Positions 25,297-32,625 of a stretch of 32,625 nt of DNA are shown here, piece after piece. Each line of letters starts with the position of its first letter. The stretch's first letter is position 1. The notes below the pieces were generated by a model. The model had not been told where the DNA came from. It ran no database searches and saw only the letters and a list, made by a program, of their open reading frames with translations. Position numbers and translations under genes: made by a program. The stretch comes from Octopus bimaculoides (Eukaryota), in contig NC_068989.1 in assembly GCF_001194135.2 (NCBI RefSeq), positions 30,594,812 to 30,627,436 of the forward strand. The letters are read 5' to 3'.

Positions 25297-26672
25297 TATT
25301 CATCATTATCACGTTCGTTTTCCATGCTGGCATGGGTTGGATGGTTTGACTGGGGGTCTGGGAAGCCAGGAGGCTGCACCAGTCTCCAGTCTGATCTGAC
25401 AGTATTTCTACAGCTGGATGCCCTTCCTAATGCCAACCACTCTTAGAGTGTAGTGGGTGCTTTTTACGTGCCACCAGCACAGGGGCCAGAGAGGGCTGGT
25501 GTCAACCACTTTGGATGGTGGATTTTACATACCACTGACACAGGAGCCAGAGGGGGCTGGCATCGACCATGTTTGGGTGGTGCTTTTTACATGTCACCAG
25601 CACAGGGAGTCAGACAGGTGGTGCTAGCATCAGCCACAACTACAATTTCCATTTGACTGTGGTGTGATTCGATTTTGATGTTGATGTTGATGTACTTGAC
25701 TCAATAGGTCTCCTCAAGCATGGCATGTCGCCCTACAATCCAAAGGTACTTTTTGAGTGGGCTGGTTATGCAACACTGGTGTAGGCTACAACTGTGATCT
25801 CACTTTATTTGTCAGGTCTTCTCAGTCACAGCATATCTCCAGAGGTCTCGGTCTTTCATCACTGCCTCTGTGAGGCCCAGCATTCGAAGGTCCTGCTTCA
25901 CCACCTCACCCCATGTCTTCCTGAGTCTTCCCCTACCACGGGTTCCTTCCACTGTTTGGAAGTGGCACTTCTTCACACAGCTCTCCTCATCCATCCGTAG
26001 TACATGACCATACCAGCGCAGACATCTCTCTTGCATACCACATCTGATGCTTCTTATGTCCAACATTTCCCTCAGGGCACTTACACTCTATCGTGTGTGC
26101 ACACTGACATTGCACATCCAGCGGATCATGCTAGCTTCATTCTTTAGAGCCTATGCATGTTGTCAGCAGTCACAGCCCATGTTTCACTGCCATGAAGTAT
26201 GGCAGTTTGCACACATGCATCGTACAATCTGCCTTTCACTCTGAGCGAGAGGCCCTTTGTCATCAGTAAGGGTAGAAGCTTTCTGAACTTTGCCCTGGCT
26301 ATTCTTATTCTAGTGGTAACACTCTCTGAGCATCCACCCCCACTGCAGACTTGGTCACCTAGGTAGTGAAGCTATCAACTACTTCTAGTTTCTCCCCCTG
26401 GCATGTGATGGAATCTGTTTTCTGAGCATCTGTGGTGTTTATTGCTCCTGAGCATCTGCTGCACATGAAAGCTGTCTTCCCGGTTAATCTTCCTTTGATG
26501 TTGCTGCACCTCTTATGTGTCCATAACTTACACTGGGTACATCTTATGGAGTTTCTACCTACATCTTTTCTACAGATCAAGCAGGGCCATCTACCTGAAG
26601 GGGTGTGTGATGTGTTCGCCTTCCTACTTACTAGGACTTTGGTTTTTGCAACATTGACTCTAAGGCCCTTCA
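25297..26672 (-). mobile_element. 5'-truncated RTE LINE: RT end, intact PHD finger, C-terminus, 3' UTR
   Basis: KGLRVNVAKTKVL...CLICRK...CTQC...HKRC...FMCSRC...LEVVDSF; CGMQERCLRWYGHVLRMDEE...GRGRLRKTW...DRDLWRYAVTEKT; three UTR subrepeats at ~25460-25630. Confidence 0.92.
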
Positions 26673-26719
26673 TGCATATATATAATATATGTATGCACAC
26701 ACACACACAAACAAAGGAA

Positions 26720-26835
26720 CAAGTGTGGGTTGTATTTAAGAAGTTTGCTTCCCATCCACATGGTTTCAAGTTCAGTGCTACTAGTAGTGCTATAGTAGAT
26801 GACACTATAGTGTCATCTACTATAGCAACCAGCAC
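26720..26835 (+). mobile_element. SINE family A 5' part ending in a 40-bp perfect palindrome
   Basis: aagaagtttgcttcccatccacatggtttcaagttcag head; palindrome at 26788-26827. Confidence 0.7.
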
Positions 26836-26844
26836 TTTTTATGC

Positions 26845-27440
26845 AGCTGTCCTCTTTCATACACATTACATGAACATACCAATACAGTCTTCTCTCTTAC
26901 ACACTGCATCTGATTCCTCTTAACCCCAGTTTTTCTCTCAATACATTTGCACTCTAAAATGTATGTACCTTTGCATTACACATCCAGTGGAGCATACTAG
27001 CTTCATTAATTTCTAATCTTAACATATCCTCTGCATTCAGAGCCCATGTTTCACTACTGAGTAGCACTGCTACACAAGAATCATGTTTTTCACTCTGACA
27101 GAGAGACCTTTTGTTGTGAACAAGTATAATATCTCACTGAACTTTCTCCATCCTGTTCTTATTCTAGAAACTATGCATTCAGAATATCCTTCTCCATAAC
27201 TATTTAGATAAATAAGGTAGCAGAAACTATCTACTACTTCTCGCGAACCTTCTAAGTATTTGAGGAAAATCATTTCCCATGTGTTTTTAAAGTTTATTGC
27301 TCCTGTGCATCTGCCATAAACAACTTCCACTATCTCCATTAACCTTCCCATAATTCTACTGCACCTCTTATGTATCCATACTTTGTACAGGGTGCACAAA
27401 AACTTTGACCTTCGGTAAATTAACTTTAAAGCCCTTTGAT
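26845..27440 (-). mobile_element. Older RTE fragment (RT end, decayed PHD)
   Basis: CTLYKVWIHKRCSRIMGRL...EVVDSFCYL...RIRTGWRKFSE...TKGLSVRVK. Confidence 0.85.
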
Positions 27441-27516
27441 TCCCAGTTTTGCTTTCACACCTGACATTTCTTTTCACACGCACATGCATGTGCATATAGA
27501 CATGCGCACACATGCA

Positions 27517-27550
<34 letters not shown>

Positions 27551-28801
27551 GAAGAAGTCAAAACATTTCAGATATACTAAGTTTCTGGGAATCCTTATTG
27601 ACGAAAATTTGAATTAAAAATTGTACATTCAAGCAAAATAATCCAAACTGTCAATGCAAATAATCTGTAGGAAACATAAGTTTTTGGACAACAAAGCGAT
27701 GGAAATGTTTTTTTTTTTTTTTTTTTTTTTNNNNNNNNNNTGCATATTTAATATTCAGTAGCCTAGCTTGGGTTAGTGTCAAGAAGTCAAAATTAGGTAA
27801 ACTTCATACTTTATAAAAATGTGCAGTCAGAATTATATAAAAGGTTTTCAAAGGACCTCACTCTCAGTCTTTAATGTTTGATAATAAAATACTAAAGATT
27901 TATGAAATAAATTGGCTGCTCACAAGAGACTTATGTTTTAAGTTTATTACAACTCTACATCAAAATGTGATCAGGAAAAATTTATAAACAATATTCACAA
28001 ATACCCAATGAAGGGCAACATTCAAATGTGATAGTTATGCCATAACAAAATTTAATATATTCAGTTATCCCTAACATGGACCAGTCGCTGGAATCATTTT
28101 GTGTGCAAAGATGCAACTCTCCCAGACTCAAAAAAAGTTTTAAAATATGTCAAAAAGATGTTGAGTAATCAATAAACCTGTTTGTGGTTTACCCAACCAT
28201 TTAGAAGCATATTTTAAAATTCATGAATAAAATTAAAAAATTACTTGCATAAAGTGCTCCTCATATAGGCTGTCATGAAAAGGATGATGGTTTTTTTACT
28301 ATAATCCTTCTTGATGGCCTCACTCGGCTAAATAGTGTATTCTCAATAATGAACTACTTCATTCCATCCCCAAGAACTTTTTGTTTTCTTTGTAAATAGT
28401 GTATCAAGCCTTTTTTTATGCAATGTTTTTTTATATTTTAATTTTATACATGGCTAGTGAAATAATAGTAAAAAAGAAGAAAAAATACTACACTTTCTAT
28501 GAGCTTGAAGCTACAGAAGTGGCAGTATTTCATTGTTGCATATGTGTGATATCCCAACTGCTGCACTAATGGTCCACTGGATATGGGTCCAAAAAGTTTC
28601 AGTCATCAGTAAAAACTGAAGACCTTGACTGACAATACAGCATTTCAACAAGACACAGTCGCATAATGAGGAAACAGAAAACTGCATCTTCTATGCACCT
28701 GAAATTATGGAAGTGATATTTCATTGTTTGGAATAATCCAACCACAAGAAAATTTGGCTCTTAGTTAGGGAGTCTGTCAATTACATTCCAGGCAGTCTTA
28801 C

Positions 28802-28835
28802 TCAGACTCATTTTCTTGTTCTCACAAAATATGCT
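28802..28835 (-). CDS. Candidate 34-nt micro-exon (SIFCENKKMSL)
   Basis: Strong ttttatcttgttacag| acceptor and |gtaaga donor; one open frame; no homology recognised. Confidence 0.2.
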
Positions 28836-29156
28836 CTGTAACAAGATAAAATCAAGCTTGTATGACAATACAGAAGATTGCTAATGTGGTTGGATGCATC
28901 TCTAAACATTGCAGTATCATCTAATTTGGTGTGTATCTAGGCCATAAAATATCATTTCAGGTATTTGCTTGGCATCATGGCATTTAGCTTAATATGACAC
29001 TTTTTTGCCATCTGCACCAGTTATCCCAATGACCTGCTGCTAGATTCAAAGTTGTGGAGATGAAGATTATCTATTTTGACCAAGCTTTACGTGAATAAAT
29101 GGAAACATGCCACAAAACATACACACATATTTAGTGTGCAATCTACACTTTATTAG

Positions 29157-29190
29157 ATAACCACGGACTTCCTTGAATTCCGTGGTTTCA
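29157..29190 (+). CDS. Candidate 34-nt micro-exon (ITTDFLEFRGF)
   Basis: ctacactttattag| acceptor and consensus |gtaagt donor; one open frame. Confidence 0.25.
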
Positions 29191-30289
29191 GTAAGTATAA
29201 TGTAATCTTTTCAAATGTTTGCTCTTATGACTTGTTGCCATTGTTAATTTAATAGGAAATTGTTGTCTAATGTAAAAGATAACTCTTCACTAACTGAAGG
29301 AAAATACTCAGATTTTCTACGATGTGAGCCTTCATTTATAATTTTTGCCTTAATAATTTTTGTTTGAATGACTTGAATAACAAAATGTGTATGATTACAC
29401 ATGCCATTAGTTGGGTCAAAGTATTAGTCTTCTTATTTTAATATGTGTGATGACAAACCTAAAAGGGTTGTTCTGATGTGAACATTAATCATGACTAAAC
29501 AGAACCTTTTCCTCTTCTAGAAATAATTTTAATATTTCTTCATTAATGAGATCAACTTTTTGGTGTTAAAACAGCAATTTAAAATTTTTTGGGGCTTTGC
29601 TATGACATTTCTATTAAAAACTGAAGAAACAAGCTCATTGAAATCATGAACAATGTTACACCCTCAGATATAATAATTTCACTATTTGCTTCCACCACAG
29701 GTTCATTTCTTACATAGTGTACAAATTTGTTAACTGATTTTGTTTATTCTGATCTTCTGAATATGATTTTAACCACATGTTTTCTGTCACTTGAATTTTT
29801 TTACATGTCTCTATAAAGAAGAATTATTGAAACTACTGCAAAAAGAAACACTTTTAATTTAAAAGAAGAGTTGTTTTGATGAGGTACTCATTAAACTAAA
29901 CTACATTTTCTATTTATTTCAAGTTTATAATATTTTATATCTTTTTACACTTTCATTTGGCATTTACAAATGTAAACTGAAAGAACAGCATTCTTAAATT
30001 TCATAAATTGAAGAAATGTTTTCAGTAAATGTAAAAATATATACATAAAGGTTGACAGCAAATTATGTTTGTAGGGTATATGTAGGACTACATTTATCTA
30101 TGCTTCCTATAAATATGTTTTCTCCACAAATAATAACAATAAGAAACTGAAAGTGAAACAATGCTATCAATAAATGTAAAAATATATACATTCCAGGCAA
30201 TGAAATGAGTTTATAAGTAAAGAAACAACTGAAGAAGTAAACCCTAGAAACCTGACAGCGCATTTATATACCACGTTTGTACATAAACA

Positions 30290-30690
30290 GAGCCCTCCAA
30301 GAGGACATAATAATGCACTGTCAGGGACAAGAACAAACTAGATAGGTTTTATATAGGAAGCATGATGGATTTTAAGGCTAGAGATAGAGCGCATATGAGT
30401 TCGTTTTCAATTGAAAAATACCGTAACTCTACCACACTCGGCTCTTATTTACATGACCTCAAGAAGAGGAATATAAAGTACTCTCTTGAATAGTTTATTA
30501 TATTGAGGGCTCCTTACTTTAAGGCAAATATTAGTAAATGTTCTTTATGTATTAGGGAATCCCTTGCGATACTCAGGTCTTTTGGACCAAAAACCTTAAA
30601 TAAGTTCACCGAGGTAATCCTCTTCTGCAACCATAAGTTTTCCTCCACCTTCTTGAAACTGTATAGAAATAAAAATAAATTTAAAAGCAA
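30290..30690 (+). mobile_element. Penelope-like GIY-YIG C-terminal remnant (second lineage)
   Basis: FYIGS..DFKARDRAHMSSFSIEKYRNSTTLGSYLHDLK...CSLCIRESLAI...LNKFTEVILFCNHK; YIG, NST.L and C.LC...LNK..E...C.HK pattern. Confidence 0.8.
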
Positions 30691-31050
30691 TAGATAATAA
30701 TAAGTGTAATAGTTTGCGTTAGGGTGGTTTGAAACCCCAAACATTGGTTTTTATACTACAGCCTGTTTGGCTATTCTAAAATAGCACTTTTTTTTTGTTA
30801 ATCTTTCCATTATTTGCATGGGCTTGTCTAAGGCTGGTCCATATTGATTATATATATTTGCTCTTTTATAAAAATTATTTTTTCCCTTTGTGCATGTCAT
30901 GACATTTGAGTCGTGTTGTGATAATTTGAAGGAGAGCGTGAGTAATTGTTAAGAAATACGTTGTATAAAACTGTTGAAGAATTGTTACTGTTATTTTGTT
31001 ACTGTTTATTGAATTATTTTGTTGCTGGAAGTCGTTGCTGTAGTGTTTAA

Positions 31051-31521
31051 ATGACTACTAGCTACGCAGCTGCAGCTGGCAGCGGCCGGCCGGCCAGTGA
31101 CATGGGAATGAGAGAAGTTAACGTTAAAATGGAAAACTTGAAAAGACATTTCAAGTATTTGAAGAAAGAAGGAGACTGTCTGTGGGTTAATCCACCCAAA
31201 GAAATAATGGAGGAAGCGGAGAAAAAAATTATTATATATAAAATGTTGAATATTAACTCTAAAAAAATCGAAATTGCGGAGACTGAAGTAATTGAAAATT
31301 GTTTGAATGAAATTACGGAGGAAGTGGTACTATTCATGAGAGGAAGGAAATACGGAACAGTAAAAGTCTATTTCAAGACGGAAGAAGACGCAAAGAAGTA
31401 CTCTACCATGCCTTTGAGAACAGAAGAATGGACCCTTTTACCAGTATATTGCGGTAGAAAGGCGGCGAGAATAAGAATTGGTAGAGTACCCCTAGAAATA
31501 GACATGGAATGGTTGGTAGCA
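31051..31521 (+). pseudogene. Non-LTR ORF1/gag-like N-terminal half (RRM-like), truncated by satellite
   Basis: Uninterrupted ATG-initiated frame with SYAAAA, VKVYFKTEEDAKKY and PVYCGRKAARIRIGRVP; homologous to the 5906-7040 remnant. Clade (Tx1/L1-like) is inferred. Confidence 0.6.
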
Positions 31522-32625
31522 GCGGTGACACATGAAATCTTTCGAGCGAGATCGTTGCCAGTGCCCCTGTACTGGCTCATGTGCGGGCGACACATGATGT
31601 CTTACGTGCGAGATCGTTGCCAGTGCCCCGGGACTGGCTCATGTGTGGGTGGCACATGAAAGATTTTATGTGTCACCCGCACAAGAGCCAGTCCAGGGGC
31701 ACTGGCAACGATCTCGCACGAAAGACATCATGTGTCTCCGGCACATGAGCCAGTCCAGGGGCACTGGCAACGATCTCGCTCGAAAGATTTCATGTGTCGC
31801 CCGCACACGAGCGAGCCCGGAGGCACCGGCAACGACCCCTCTCGAAAAACCTCATGTGTCACCCGCACAAGAGCCGGCCCAGGGGCACCGGCAACGATCC
31901 CGCTCGAAAGATTTCATGTGTCGCCCGCACATGAGCCAGTCCAGGGGCACTGGCATCCATCCCGCTCGAAAGATTTCATGTGTCTCCTGCACATGAGCCA
32001 ATCCAGGGGCACTGGCAACGATCCCGCTCGAAACATTTCATGTGTCACCCGCACAAGAGCCAGTCAAGGGGCACTGGCAACGATCTCGCTCGAAGGAACT
32101 CATGTGTCACCCGCACAAGTGTCGGTCCAGGAGCACTGGCAACGATCTCGCTCGAGAGATATCATGTGTCGCCCGCACATGAGCCAGTGCTGGAGCACTG
32201 GCCACGATCCCGCTCGAAACATTTCATGTGTCACCCGCNNNNNNNNNNGAGCCAGTGCTGGAGCACTGGCCACGATCCCGCTCGAAACATTTCATGTGTC
32301 ACCCGCACATGAGCCAGTCCAGGGGCACTGGCAACGATCTCGCTCGAGAGATATCATGTGTCGCCTGCACACGAGCCAGTCCGGGGGCACCATTAACGAT
32401 CTCTCTCGAAAAACCTCATGTGTCACCCGCACAAGAGCCGGCCCAGGCTCACCGGCAACGATCTCGCTCGAAAGATTTTATGTGTCGCCCGCACATGAAC
32501 CAGTCCAGGGGCACTGGCATCGATCCCGCTCGAAAGATTTCATGTATCTGCCGCACATGAGCCAGTCCAGGGGCACTGGCATCGATCCCGCTCGAAAAAT
32601 TTCATGTGTCTCCCACACATGAGCC
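31522..32625. repeat. 62-bp GC-rich satellite: ~2 inverted units, then ~15 direct units to the window end
   Basis: Unit gcacatgagccagtccaggggcactggcaacgatctcgctcgaaagatttcatgtgtcgccc; period 62 (31741, 31803, 31865, 31927, 31989); orientation flips at ~31662. Confidence 0.95.

Noticed and set aside
28990-29045. VIGITGADGKK, resembling a Mur-ligase/P-loop motif
   Set aside because: Too short, weak donor site, no supporting neighbouring motifs.
31643-32622. Long Cys/His-rich ORFs (up to 296 aa)
   Set aside because: The 62-bp unit lacks stops on the + strand, so all frames stay open with a 62-aa (3-unit) period; a satellite artefact.
31522-32625. CRISPR-like array
   Set aside because: Contiguous tandem units without unique spacers, no cas genes, eukaryotic context.

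Overview
AT-rich, intron-like or intergenic eukaryotic DNA, mostly transposable-element debris, with several N gaps. The SINE and RTE-tail families resemble those I recall from octopus/cephalopod genomes (inference, not checked). Main content: (1) a ~6.3 kb degenerate Helitron complex on the - strand (12314-18577), with a frameshifted RepHel gene fused to a complete 683-bp non-autonomous Helitron; (2) many RTE-clade LINE pieces, including a ~6 kb stack at 21.2-27.4 kb, whose RT carries a C4HC3 PHD finger between subdomains 6 and 7; (3) two gag/ORF1-like (RRM, +/- zinc knuckle) remnants; (4) a 62-bp satellite derived from the RTE 3'-UTR subrepeat, with a head-to-head inversion; (5) mariner, pogo/Tigger and two Penelope-like GIY-YIG remnants, tRNA-type SINE clusters and microsatellites. 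No intact host gene is identifiable; only low-confidence micro-exon candidates. Most long ORFs in the track are artefacts of microsatellites, satellites or N runs. TE boundaries without terminal motifs are approximate.
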